Shown piece after piece: positions 48,530 to 60,204 of a DNA stretch of 64,000 nt. The stretch is from an uncultured Clostridia bacterium (GTDB taxonomy: Bacteria; Bacillota; Clostridia; TANB77; CAG-465), in contig CALXJF010000004.1 of assembly GCA_944388575.1 (NCBI GenBank), forward strand, positions 4,122 to 68,121. Direction: 5' to 3'. Both the position numbers and the translations under genes were made by a program. A model generated the notes under the pieces. It saw only the letters and a program-made list of their open reading frames with translations. It searched no databases and had not been told where the DNA came from. Numbering within the stretch: position 1 is the stretch's first letter; each line of letters opens with the position of its first letter.

Positions 48530-49603
48530 ATGAAATTAAATGAATTAAAAATAAAAAATTTTAGGAACTATAATGAAGAACATATAGAATTTATAAATGG
48601 AATAAATTTATTTGTTGGAAATAATGCACAAGGAAAAACTAATATAATAGAATCTATTTATATGTGTGCTTTTGGAAAGTCATACAGAACAACAAAAGAT
48701 ACAGAAATAATTAAATTTGATAAAGAGTTTTGTAACATAGAATTAAATTATGAAAAAAACAATACATTTAACAACATAAAATTAAATTTAAATAAAATAA
48801 ATAAAAAAGAGATAACAAAGAATGGTATAAAAATAAATAAAATTTCAGATCATGTAGGAGATATTTTAGTTGTTATATTTTCTCCAGATAGTTTAGATAT
48901 TGTAAAAGGAGCTCCTGGAAAGAGAAGAGCATTTATTGATATGATATGTTGCCAACTTTCAAAATCATATTTAATTATTCATCAGGAATATATGAAATGT
49001 TTAAAATTAAAAAATATACTATTAAAGAAGGATATAATTGATAAAGAGTATATATATGTATTACACGAAAAAATGAGTGATTATATATTAAAAATAGTAA
49101 ATTTTAGAAATCAAACAATAGGAAAATTATTAGAAAAAGCCAAAAATATAGAGTTAAGTTTAACTGATGGTAAAGAAAATATAGATATAGAATATATAAG
49201 TGATTTTATAAATTTAAATAAATATGAAATTAAGAAATATTTAGATGATCATTTATATATAGATATTTTAAGAAAATCTTCTGTAAAAGGTATACAAAGA
49301 GACGATATTAATATTTATATAAATAATATGGAAGTAGGAAAATATGGTTCTCAAGGTCAAAATCGTACGGCATTACTTACATTAAAATTAGCAGACTTTG
49401 AAGTACTAAAAGATGAAAAAGAAGATAGACCTATTTTATTACTTGATGATATTATGTCTGAGCTCGATAGTACAAGGATTAACTATTTATTGAAATATAT
49501 AGAAAATTATCAAAGTATAATAACTACGACAGATTCTTCATTTGTGGAAAATGTGGATAATATACAAATTTTGAAAGTTTTAAATGGAAGACTTGAAAAA
49601 TGA
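48530..49603 (+). CDS. recF: DNA replication and repair protein RecF
   Basis: MKLNELKIKNFRNY, Walker A GNNAQGKTN, and signature SQGQNRT..L.LKLA. Start ATG 48530 after GAGGT. Confidence 0.92.
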   Translation: MKLNELKIKNFRNYNEEHIEFINGINLFVGNNAQGKTNIIESIYMCAFGKSYRTTKDTEIIKFDKEFCNIELNYEKNNTFNNIKLNLNKINKKEITKNGIKINKISDHVGDILVVIFSPDSLDIVKGAPGKRRAFIDMICCQLSKSYLIIHQEYMKCLKLKNILLKKDIIDKEYIYVLHEKMSDYILKIVNFRNQTIGKLLEKAKNIELSLTDGKENIDIEYISDFINLNKYEIKKYLDDHLYIDILRKSSVKGIQRDDINIYINNMEVGKYGSQGQNRTALLTLKLADFEVLKDEKEDRPILLLDDIMSELDSTRINYLLKYIENYQSIITTTDSSFVENVDNIQILKVLNGRLEK

Positions 49604-49639
49604 TGTTAATGTATGATATAAGTAAATAAGACAAAATGA

Positions 49640-51571
<1,932 letters not shown>

Positions 51572-51580
51572 TAGAATTAT

Positions 51581-51620
51581 AAAACTACTTTATTATAAAA
51601 AATTAATAAAGTAGTTTTTA
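51581..51620 (+). terminator. strong terminator directly after gyrB
   Basis: AAAACTACTTTATTA / TAATAAAGTAGTTTT, a 15-bp stem. Confidence 0.7.
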
Positions 51621-51650
51621 TTGAATGTATTAAAAAATAAGAGGTATAAT

Positions 51651-51743
51651 ATGTTAAAATCATTAAAAGATATAATAATAAAAAAATGCTTATTAATTGG
51701 TATTTCGATTCCTATACTTGTATTATTAAGATTTACAGATTAA
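51651..51743 (+). CDS. possible 30-aa membrane peptide
   Basis: AAGAGGT SD 5 nt before the ATG. MLKSLKDIIIKKCLLIGISIPILVLLRFTD. Short and unsupported by homology. Confidence 0.3.
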   Translation: MLKSLKDIIIKKCLLIGISIPILVLLRFTD

Positions 51744-51948
51744 AATGGTAATACAATAAATAATGAACAGACAAAAATGTAACCATTAGTTTATTGGATG
51801 ATAATTTAATTAAAGCCAATAATTTTATAGGAAAAATATATAATATAATGGATTTTCATTAGAGATTACAGATTTTTTATAGAAAAATATAACAATAAAA
51901 TACATGAATAATTATTTTTGTGTATTTTATTGTTATAATAATACTTTT

Positions 51949-52137
51949 TTAAATAGAATATTCTTTTGGACAATTTTGAATTATCCATTTTTCTAATTCA
52001 AATTTAGCTCCTATATAGGTATAACAATTTGGTGTAACATCTTCCCAATCAGTATATTCACCACAAAATATATTATTCCATGTAGCATATACTTGTCCAT
52101 ACCACCAATTACCAACTTTAATAATTCTTTTTTTCAT
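51949..52137 (-). CDS. small Trp/Cys-rich hypothetical protein (62 aa)
   Basis: AAAGGAG SD before ATG 52137, followed by a 14-bp hairpin terminator (51889-51935). Confidence 0.5.
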   Translation of the reverse strand: MKKRIIKVGNWWYGQVYATWNNIFCGEYTDWEDVTPNCYTYIGAKFELEKWIIQNCPKEYSI

Positions 52138-52256
52138 ATTACAAGCTCCTTTCAAAATAAATTATTTTTTGAATAAATATAGTATTAAAACTATTATATT
52201 ATAATTCAATCAAAATTACAAGGTTATAAATTTTTTGTTAATTATAGAATTAAATG

Positions 52257-52456
52257 TTGACAATTATTAAAAAATTATGTATAATACTATTTGTAAAGTA
52301 GAGGAAATCTTCTCACCTTATGGTTATGTCTTAATAAGGTTATACAATAATATACTTATTACATATGTAATATATTTATATATTTGCGTATGTAGATATA
52401 TTGGAGTTAATGAGAAGGTTGCCTTAATATAAAGAGCAATCTTTTTTTATATATTT
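52257..52456 (+). promoter_or_regulatory. promoter plus L20-type leader/attenuator of the infC-rpmI-rplT operon
   Basis: TTGACA (52257), 17-nt spacer, TATAAT (52280). A leader of about 160 nt ends in the terminator hairpin AAGGTTGC / GCAATCTT plus a T-run (52415-52448), just before infC. The arrangement matches the Firmicute L20 leader. Confidence 0.6.
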
Positions 52457-52474
52457 TTGTTGGAGGTGTTTAAT

Positions 52475-52984
52475 ATAAAACAAGATTTTTTAATTAATGA
52501 GCAAATAAGATTTGCGGAAGTTCAAGTTATTACAAATGAAGGAGAAAAACTTGGAAAAATGTCTACAAAAGCTGCTATTGATATAGCTGAAGAGAGAGGA
52601 TTAGATTTAGTTTTAGTTTCTCCTAATCCTGAAAATCCAGTTTGTAAATTATTAGATTATAGTAAATACAAATTTGAGATGGCTAAAAAAGCCAAGGAAG
52701 CTAAAAAGAATCAAAAAGTTGTAGAAATTAAAGAAGTAAGACTTTCTCCAAATATTGATAAACATGACTTAGAAGTAAAAGCCAAAATGGCAAATAAGTT
52801 TATTGATGCAGGTAATAAAGTAAAAGTTACAATGAGATTTAGAGGAAGAGAATTAAATTTTGTAAATCAAGGTAAAGATATAATGAATAAATTTCATGAA
52901 CTAGTTGAAAATTCACAAATCGAAAAACAAGCTAAAATGGAAGGTAGAAATCTTACAATGTTTTTATCACCAAAACAAAAATAA
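52475..52984 (+). CDS. infC: translation initiation factor IF-3 (non-canonical ATA start proposed)
   Basis: KQDFLINEQIRFAEVQVI...and onward is canonical IF-3. The GGAGGTG SD at 52462-52468 places initiation at ATA 52475. The track TTG 52457 lies upstream of the SD. Confidence 0.88.
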   Translation: MKQDFLINEQIRFAEVQVITNEGEKLGKMSTKAAIDIAEERGLDLVLVSPNPENPVCKLLDYSKYKFEMAKKAKEAKKNQKVVEIKEVRLSPNIDKHDLEVKAKMANKFIDAGNKVKVTMRFRGRELNFVNQGKDIMNKFHELVENSQIEKQAKMEGRNLTMFLSPKQK

Positions 52985-53008
52985 GTGTTTAAGAGAGGAG
53001 AGATTATT

Positions 53009-53206
53009 ATGCCAAAAATAAAAACACATAGTTCATCAAAAAAGAGACTATCAGTTACTGGTACTGGTAAAGTAAAAAAGAATGTAGCAAATAGAGCACA
53101 TAAATTAACTCACAAATCAGCAAAAAGAAAAATGTCTTTAAAGCAATCTTCTTATGTTGATAGTGCAAACAAGAGTGCTGTAAAAAAATTATTACCATAC
53201 AAATAA
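53009..53206 (+). CDS. rpmI: 50S ribosomal protein L35
   Basis: MPKIKTHSSSKKRLSVTGTGKVKK... with a GGAGAG SD. Confidence 0.93.
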   Translation: MPKIKTHSSSKKRLSVTGTGKVKKNVANRAHKLTHKSAKRKMSLKQSSYVDSANKSAVKKLLPYK

Positions 53207-53231
53207 TAACAATTAGAAGGGAGAGATAAAT

Positions 53232-53579
53232 ATGGCAAGAGTAAAAGGAGCTGTTACAACAAGAGCTAGACATAAGAAAGTTCTAAAAAGAGCTAAAGGA
53301 TATTTTGGAGCAAAATCTGTAAGATTTAGAATGGCAAATCAAGCTGTTATGAAATCTTTAAAGTATGCATATATTGGAAGAAAGCAAAAGAAAAGAAATT
53401 TCAGACAACTTTGGATTTCAAGAATTAATGCTGGTGCAAGAATGTGTGGAACTACATATAGTAAGCTTATGTCTTCATTAAAGAAAGCAAATGTAACAAT
53501 TAATAGAAAAATGTTAGCTGAAATGGCTGTAAATGATTTTGATGGTTTCAAAGCTTTAGTAGAGAAAGTAAATAAATAG
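53232..53579 (+). CDS. rplT: 50S ribosomal protein L20
   Basis: [26 protein letters not shown]... Confidence 0.95.
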   Translation: MARVKGAVTTRARHKKVLKRAKGYFGAKSVRFRMANQAVMKSLKYAYIGRKQKKRNFRQLWISRINAGARMCGTTYSKLMSSLKKANVTINRKMLAEMAVNDFDGFKALVEKVNK

Positions 53580-53594
53580 TATAGGAGGAGCTTT

Positions 53595-54152
53595 ATGATT
53601 TTAGCAGGAGATTTTAGAAATGGTGTTACTTTTGAGATGGATTCAAATGTTTATAGGGTTGTAGAATTTCAGCATGTAAAACCAGGTAAAGGTGCAGCTT
53701 TTGTTAGAACAACATTAAAAAATGTAATAACTGGTAAAAATATAGAAAAAACATTTAATCCTACTGAAAAAGTAGAAGAAGCACAAATTACAATACAAGA
53801 AATGCAATATTTGTATAATGATGGTGCTAATTATACTTTTATGGATACAACTACATATGAGCAAGTAGAACTTACAAAAGAACAAATTGAGGATACACTT
53901 CCTTATTTAAAAGATAATATGAATGTTAAAGTATTATCATATAAAGGAAATGTATTTGGAGTAGAACCTCCTACATTTGTCGAATTAGAAGTAACATATA
54001 CAGAACCTGGAATTAAAGGAAGTACTGCAACAGGTACTACAAAACCTTGTACTGTAGAAACGGGTGCGACATTTAATGTACCTATTTTTGTAGAAATAGG
54101 GGATAAGATTAGAATAGACACTAGAACAGGTTCTTACATGGAAAGAGTATAA
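53595..54152 (+). CDS. efp: elongation factor P
   Basis: [19 protein letters not shown] and three OB-like domains over 185 aa. Confidence 0.93.
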   Translation: MILAGDFRNGVTFEMDSNVYRVVEFQHVKPGKGAAFVRTTLKNVITGKNIEKTFNPTEKVEEAQITIQEMQYLYNDGANYTFMDTTTYEQVELTKEQIEDTLPYLKDNMNVKVLSYKGNVFGVEPPTFVELEVTYTEPGIKGSTATGTTKPCTVETGATFNVPIFVEIGDKIRIDTRTGSYMERV

Positions 54153-54200
54153 TAAAAAATAGATACTGAAATTATTTAAATCAGTATCTATTTTATTTTT

Positions 54201-54776
54201 TTAAATATATTTTATATTTCTTTTTTTAGCAAAAGCTATAGCTTCTTCATTATCATTTGCAATAATAATCTGTATAGACTTGGCTTCTAAAAAAGCATCA
54301 TCATGTATGAATTTTATTGATTTTGGAAAAAATATTTTTTTTATATTTTCACAATCTCGAAATGCACCTGAAGTAATTGTTTCTACACCTTCTTTAAATT
54401 TTATTGTTTTTAAAGATTCACAACTTTGAAAACAAAAGCCTATCTCTTTTAAACTTCCTGGTATAATTAATACTTTTAAATTTGAACAACCATTAAAGGC
54501 TCTATCATATATATTTTTTATAGTATTTGGAATTGTAACGTATTCTAATGATTTTATATCATTAAAAGCATTAGAATAAATTGAAGTAACGGGGATTCCC
54601 TCTACATTATTCGGAATGCAGAGCCGTTTAATAGTATGTGGAAATGGATAATAAGATGGTACGCGTTGTATTGTATAAGCCGATAATTGAGAATCTTCTA
54701 AAAATAAAATTAATTTATGAATATTAATCTCCTTAATATACATACTTACGACAATTTCGCCAAATAATTTCGACAT
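54201..54776 (-). CDS. BspA-type leucine-rich-repeat (LRR_5) protein without a signal peptide
   Basis: Repeats of I.IP..V..I...AF..C..L (VTIPNTIKNIYDRAFNGCSNLK, LIIPGSLKEIGFCFQSCESLK, FKEGVETITSGAFRDCENIK). Confidence 0.75.
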   Translation of the reverse strand: MSKLFGEIVVSMYIKEINIHKLILFLEDSQLSAYTIQRVPSYYPFPHTIKRLCIPNNVEGIPVTSIYSNAFNDIKSLEYVTIPNTIKNIYDRAFNGCSNLKVLIIPGSLKEIGFCFQSCESLKTIKFKEGVETITSGAFRDCENIKKIFFPKSIKFIHDDAFLEAKSIQIIIANDNEEAIAFAKKRNIKYI

Positions 54777-54940
54777 AATTTTTTCCTTTCTATCACATTA
54801 GTGATTAAATATAATAGATTTTTTATCATTCTACCATAGTATTATTTTTATGTCAATAAATACATGAAAATATTTTAGACACTTTACTTTTTTAAAATAT
54901 ATAGTATAATAAAAGTTATAAAAGAAAGATGTGATAATAC

Positions 54941-56230
54941 ATGGACAGTAAAGAAATATTAGATTTTATATATAGAAAAAGAGACTCAAAACCTAAACTT
55001 GGATTAGAAAGAATAAAAAAACTCTTAGAGTATTTAGATAATCCACAAGATAAATTAAAAATTATACATATAGCAGGAACTAATGGAAAAGGTTCTACTA
55101 CTACTATGATAGCGAATATTTTAAAATTATCAGGATATAAAGTTGGTAAGTTCATATCTCCATTTATAGTTGACTTTTGTGAAAGAATACAAATAAATGA
55201 TGAATATATAAAAAATGAAGAAATAAAAAGAATTATAGAAAATATTAAAGATATAATAAATAAAATGGAACAAGAAGGAGATGCACCGAGTTCTTTTGAG
55301 ATTATAACAGCTATTGCTTTTGTATATTATTTTGAAAACAATTGTGATTATGTATGTTTAGAAGTTGGAATGGGGGGAAGATTTGATGCAACTAATGTTG
55401 TAAAAAATACATTAGTATCAGTAATTACATTAATAGATTATGATCATATGAATTTTTTAGGTAATACTCTTGAAGAAATATCTTTTGAAAAATGTGGAAT
55501 TATAAAAGAAAATAGTAATGTTATTTCTTATCCATTGCAAGATAATTCTTCTAAAATTATGATTGAAGCTATGTGTAAAATAAGGAATTGTAAATTAGTA
55601 ATACCAAATATTTATAATTTAAAAATATTAAGTGATAATAAAGGAACTTTTAAATATAGTTTTATCTATAATGATATAAAATATGATTTAAGTTTAGTTG
55701 GTAAATATCAAATTTATAACGCTTTAACAGCTATTGAATGTGCTAATGTATTAAATAAAATTGGAATAAAAATAGATGTAAAGAATATAGTACAAGGAAT
55801 TAATACAGCAATGATTCCAGCTAGATTAGAAATACTAAAAACTAATCCACTTATAATAATAGATGGATCTCATAATATATCTGGTGCAACTACTGTTAAA
55901 AATTTTATAGAAAATCAAAATATAAAGCATAGTATTGGGATAATTGGAATGATTAAAGGAAAACAACATGAAAGTTTTTTAAAAATTGTAGCACCTTTAT
56001 TTGAAAGAATAATTGTAGTACCTGTATTTAAATCAGGTGGATATACAAAAGAAGTGGATGAACATATAAACATTTTTAATATTGTGAAGAAATTTAATAC
56101 TAATGTTAATATTTGTGAAAATTATGAAGATGCATATAAATTAGCAAAAAGTTATAAAGAAATAAAATGTATTTTTGTAACTGGATCACTTTATTTAGCT
56201 TCTGAGTTTAGATCTTTATTATTAGATTAA
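54941..56230 (+). CDS. folC: bifunctional folylpolyglutamate synthase/dihydrofolate synthase
   Basis: HIAGTNGKGST P-loop and Mur-ligase architecture. Confidence 0.9.
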   Translation: MDSKEILDFIYRKRDSKPKLGLERIKKLLEYLDNPQDKLKIIHIAGTNGKGSTTTMIANILKLSGYKVGKFISPFIVDFCERIQINDEYIKNEEIKRIIENIKDIINKMEQEGDAPSSFEIITAIAFVYYFENNCDYVCLEVGMGGRFDATNVVKNTLVSVITLIDYDHMNFLGNTLEEISFEKCGIIKENSNVISYPLQDNSSKIMIEAMCKIRNCKLVIPNIYNLKILSDNKGTFKYSFIYNDIKYDLSLVGKYQIYNALTAIECANVLNKIGIKIDVKNIVQGINTAMIPARLEILKTNPLIIIDGSHNISGATTVKNFIENQNIKHSIGIIGMIKGKQHESFLKIVAPLFERIIVVPVFKSGGYTKEVDEHINIFNIVKKFNTNVNICENYEDAYKLAKSYKEIKCIFVTGSLYLASEFRSLLLD

Positions 56231-56293
56231 CTATTGATTGAAATTTAAGATGAAATGTTGTATAATGTCAATTATTGTTTATAGGAGAAAAAA

Positions 56294-57667
56294 ATGAGGT
56301 TTGTAAATAGTTATAGTGATAAAATAAAAAAATATGTTATTGAGAATAATCTTACATATACTATTGATACTATGGGATGTCAAATGAATGAGAATGATTC
56401 AAACAAATATTCTGGCATTTTAGAGAGTATGGGATTTAAAAGAGAAAATAATGAGAAAAAATCTAATCTGATATTATTTAATACTTGTTGTGTTAGAGAG
56501 AATGCAGAAAATACTTTATTTGGTAGATTAGGTTATTTAAAAAATAGGAGATTAAAAGAAGAAAATGTTTTTTTAGTTGTAGTTGGTTGTATGACACAGC
56601 AAAAACATATATTAGAAAAAATAAAAATATCTTATCCTTTTGTTGATATTGTACTTGGAACAAGTGCTATGAGTATATTTCCACAAAAACTATATGATGC
56701 TATTTTAAATCATAAAAAATCAATTGAGTATATAGATATAGGAAATGAAATAGAAGAAGAAGTTCCAATAATATATGAAGACAAATACAAGGCAAGTGTT
56801 AGTATTATTTATGGTTGTAATAATTTTTGTTCTTATTGTATAGTTCCTTATGTAAGAGGTAGAGAACGTAGTAGAAGACCAGAGGATATTTTGAAAGATA
56901 TAAAAACATTGGCTAAGAACGGATATAAAGAAATAATGTTACTTGGACAAAATGTTAATTCTTATGGTAATGATTTTAAGGATATAGATTATAATTTTTC
57001 TGATTTATTGCAAGATGTAGAAAAAATAGAGGGAATTGAAATAATTAGATTTATGTCTCCTCATCCAAAAGATTTTAAAGATGATGTTATAGAAGTTATA
57101 AAAAATTCTAAGAAAATAGCTAGACAAATACATTTACCATTACAGTCTGGAAGTACAAATATATTAAAGCAAATGAATAGGAAATATTCAAAAGAACAAT
57201 ATTTAGAGATTGTAGAAAAATTAAAAAAGGCTGATCCTAGTATATCTTTTTCAACAGATATAATTGTTGGATTTCCAAATGAAACAGAAGAAGAATTTTT
57301 AGAAACTTTAGATGTAGTAAAAAAAGTTCAGTTTGATCAGATATATATGTTTATATATTCTAAAAGGAAAGGAACTAGAGCAGCGACAATAGAAGATAAA
57401 GTAACTGCTGAAGAAAAGGTTGAACGACTTGAAAGATTAAAAAAATTATATGAGAAAATGTTACCAGATTTAAATAAAAAATTAATAGGAAATAAATATA
57501 AAGTCTTAGTAGAAGGAAAAAGTAAAAATAATGAAAATTTTTTTACCGGTAGAACAAGTCAAAATAAGGTGGTTATTTTTAAAGCCGAAAAAGAAGATAT
57601 AGGAAAAATAAAAGATGTAAAAATAACTAGTGAACATCTTTGGTATCTAAAAGGAGAAATAGTTTAA
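56294..57667 (+). CDS. miaB: tRNA-i6A37 methylthiotransferase MiaB
   Basis: N-terminal MTTase cysteines (GCQMN), radical-SAM CNNFCSYCIVPYVRGRERS, and a TRAM domain. Confidence 0.93.
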   Translation: MRFVNSYSDKIKKYVIENNLTYTIDTMGCQMNENDSNKYSGILESMGFKRENNEKKSNLILFNTCCVRENAENTLFGRLGYLKNRRLKEENVFLVVVGCMTQQKHILEKIKISYPFVDIVLGTSAMSIFPQKLYDAILNHKKSIEYIDIGNEIEEEVPIIYEDKYKASVSIIYGCNNFCSYCIVPYVRGRERSRRPEDILKDIKTLAKNGYKEIMLLGQNVNSYGNDFKDIDYNFSDLLQDVEKIEGIEIIRFMSPHPKDFKDDVIEVIKNSKKIARQIHLPLQSGSTNILKQMNRKYSKEQYLEIVEKLKKADPSISFSTDIIVGFPNETEEEFLETLDVVKKVQFDQIYMFIYSKRKGTRAATIEDKVTAEEKVERLERLKKLYEKMLPDLNKKLIGNKYKVLVEGKSKNNENFFTGRTSQNKVVIFKAEKEDIGKIKDVKITSEHLWYLKGEIV

Positions 57668-57691
57668 AATTTCTCTGTGTAATTTCAAAAA

Positions 57692-57718
57692 TTAGGAGGA
57701 TACATTGCATCCTCCTAA
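57692..57718. terminator. bidirectional terminator between miaB and the ABC gene
   Basis: TTAGGAGGAT / ATCCTCCTAA, a 10-bp stem. Confidence 0.7.
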
Positions 57719-57741
57719 CAAAAAATAGTTGCTTGAATATG

Positions 57742-59565
57742 TTAAATCTCTCTTACTAAATGACATTCTCCATCCTTTGAAAAATGTAAGTTCCTAAATG
57801 TATACTCATTAGAAAGTTTATGTTTAAATCCATCTATATTTTGATGAGTTGAGATAATTACAATTCGTTTTTTATCTAAGTTGGCATATCTCACGATGTA
57901 CTCTAAAATCCTTTCTGCATCAGCTGAATCAGATTCTGCCTTATCATCAAGACCTGATGTACATTCATCTAAGACCATAACATCAATTTTATTATCTAAC
58001 CAGTATAGCATCTTTGCGAGAATAAGTCTCTGTTTCTGTCCATTTGAAAGAGATTGATTGAAATACTTTTCTTTCATCCATTTCCAAACATCAAAGCAAT
58101 TAGATTTTATTTCACACCATAAATGTAGATTCTCTAATATATTTTGCATCTTTGCAAGATCTGGATTTTTATTGCAACAGAACAGTTCTTCAAAAATACT
58201 CAAGCTACCAAATATCAATTTCTCATCATAGAACATAAATCTTGATGTTGAAGGTATTTCTGTACTTTTTTTTAATCGTATTCTTTCGGTTAACATTTTC
58301 ATAAATGTTGATTTTCCGCTACCAGAAGGACCATACAGAATAACTACCTCTCCGTTATTGATGTGTATCTGTTTCTTTGAAATTAGTGTGAAAGGCTTAT
58401 CATTTTCTGAATCTTCCAAATATTGAATCGAAAAAGGATTGATATTTATATTGTCAATAATTTTGGGTTTAGAAATCTTTTCAGATTCGTTATGAAATAC
58501 ATCCAAGATTAAAGACATATCTTGTTCTTCTTTTTCTAGTATTGTCAGCCTTTCATTATGAGTGTTTAATGTTTCAGCAATTTTACTAATCTGTCCTAGT
58601 ACTGTTTCAACAATTAAAAGTGTTGCAGTGATTTCTGTTATAGTTGCTAAACTGATACTACTCCATTCAACTTCCAACAGGTAGAATATTATAATTCCAT
58701 ACTGACTAAATGCTTCCATTATTGTTACAAACAATCTCGATAAATTCATCTTCTTATGGAACTTAGTAATGTTTTCATTACTTGCAATAACATTTTTTTG
58801 AAATTTATTGCATCTCATATCCAAGTCATCTTTGACTATTACTGGAATACGAAGTAGGTCATTAACTATTAAGGACTGTTCGTTGTTATATTCTCTATGT
58901 TTCTTATAATATGTCTCTCTATTCAAACTGATATATGCTGAACTAAAGAAAGATATAATTACAAATACGAAAATCAGGGGAATAAAAACAACTTGTGAAA
59001 TAGATGTGTTGGTTAGTATGGAAACAACTAGCATAATTATTACACTAATTAATTCTAATACATCATATGTGTGCTGAATTTTTTGTCGCCATAGATTGTA
59101 CAAATAATTCTTAATAGTATTTAACACCGATTCATTGCTCATTACCTTATACAGATTATTTGATGTGTCATACTTTAAAACCTTATTTGCTGTCTTGCCA
59201 ATAATCTGAATACCTCTAGATACAATTTCATCCTCAAAAATGAGTTCGAATTTTTTGTTTTCAGAAGTTTTAAAAAGATAAAAAGTCTCTTTTACCACTT
59301 GCTGTCCACGATACAACATAAATAATATGATTCCAAGCAAAATCATCCTGTACTCAATCATTAAGTTTGTAGCTTTAAGCATAAAGGCAAAAACAAGGGA
59401 GATTACGGTCATTCCAAGATTCATTAAACCTACTTTAAATCCCATCCGTTTAACACTTTTAGGAATAATAAGCATCTTATCTGAAAGACCATAGGGCTTG
59501 AAGAATTTAATAATGAGATTTATCACCTCTAGAATTAAATGTTTCAATTTTTCCTGTCCATTCAT
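57742..59565 (-). CDS. fused ABC transporter (N-terminal TM domain plus C-terminal ATPase), orphan
   Basis: Walker A GPSGSGKST, signature LSNGQKQRL, Walker B VMVLDECTSGLD. About six TM helices lie upstream. The gene looks GC-richer than its neighbours. Confidence 0.8.
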   Translation of the reverse strand: MNGQEKLKHLILEVINLIIKFFKPYGLSDKMLIIPKSVKRMGFKVGLMNLGMTVISLVFAFMLKATNLMIEYRMILLGIILFMLYRGQQVVKETFYLFKTSENKKFELIFEDEIVSRGIQIIGKTANKVLKYDTSNNLYKVMSNESVLNTIKNYLYNLWRQKIQHTYDVLELISVIIMLVVSILTNTSISQVVFIPLIFVFVIISFFSSAYISLNRETYYKKHREYNNEQSLIVNDLLRIPVIVKDDLDMRCNKFQKNVIASNENITKFHKKMNLSRLFVTIMEAFSQYGIIIFYLLEVEWSSISLATITEITATLLIVETVLGQISKIAETLNTHNERLTILEKEEQDMSLILDVFHNESEKISKPKIIDNININPFSIQYLEDSENDKPFTLISKKQIHINNGEVVILYGPSGSGKSTFMKMLTERIRLKKSTEIPSTSRFMFYDEKLIFGSLSIFEELFCCNKNPDLAKMQNILENLHLWCEIKSNCFDVWKWMKEKYFNQSLSNGQKQRLILAKMLYWLDNKIDVMVLDECTSGLDDKAESDSADAERILEYIVRYANLDKKRIVIISTHQNIDGFKHKLSNEYTFRNLHFSKDGECHLVREI

Positions 59566-59729
59566 GTACTTTTTCCTCCTTATTTATGTATGATAAAAAA
59601 ATTACAAAGATATGTATATTATACTTTTAATATAAAGTATTTTTTTATTTAATCTATTTATATTATATAGCAAAATCTATATTATGTCAATTTGATGTAT
59701 ACTTTTTGCATAGTAATTTTATAAAAAAC

Positions 59730-59758
59730 TTGACTTTTGAAATTTCATATATTATAAT
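59730..59758 (+). promoter_or_regulatory. sigma-A type promoter driving the long leader
   Basis: TTGACT, 17-nt spacer, TATAAT. Confidence 0.55.
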
Positions 59759-59764
59759 GTACTT

Positions 59765-60145
59765 ATTAAAAAATCTAAAAGATGCTGATTATGTATTTTG
59801 GTATATTAAGGTATATTTTATTTTTACGGTTAAGACTTAATTAACTGTAAGGTTTGAAGTATACTTTATATATAAAAATTCAATATAATTTAAAGTCATG
59901 ATGATGAGTTTAAGTTATATAGTAAATAGTATTGCATAAGTGGAGAGTAGTGTAATATTAGCAGAGTAGACTAAGGTGAAATGTTCAGTGATTGATGTAA
60001 GTTTTGGCCAAGTTATATTGAAAGATACTGAAAGCTCTGTGGATACATGGGAAAACTCCATTTCCTGTCCGAAAGGTCTATAACACCAAAAAAGAAAGTT
60101 CAAAATTGAACAAAAGGAGGTTCAGAAATGAACTTTCTTTTTTTG
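59765..60145 (+). ncRNA. unclassified leader or small RNA of about 380 nt ending in a strong terminator
   Basis: It starts after the promoter above. Nested pairings: TGGAG 59941 / CTCCA 60056, GCAGAG 59961 / CTCTGT 60035, TTCAGT 59984 / ACTGAA 60027. The terminator is AAAAAAGAAAGTTCA / TGAACTTTCTTTTTT (60088-60143). I cannot assign a class. Confidence 0.4.
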
Positions 60146-60204
60146 CATATTTTTATATTTTTGTAATATACTTTAATATAAACTTGTACAATGGAGGTAA
60201 AAAA

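Noticed and set aside
59915-60103. 62-aa minus-strand ORF inside the leader region.
   Set aside because: It has no SD, an odd composition, and lies antisense to a promoter/terminator-bounded RNA. It is likely spurious.
59765-60145. Assignment of the leader RNA to a known class: c-di-AMP ydaO, cobalamin, yybP-ykoY, glycine, T-box, SRP or 6S.
   Set aside because: Only short partial resemblances are present (GGTGAAAT, CCGAAAGG, GGAGAGTAG). The conserved cores I remember for these classes are absent, such as the T-box sequence GGTGGTACCGCG, the B12 box and ACCCGAATCC of ydaO.
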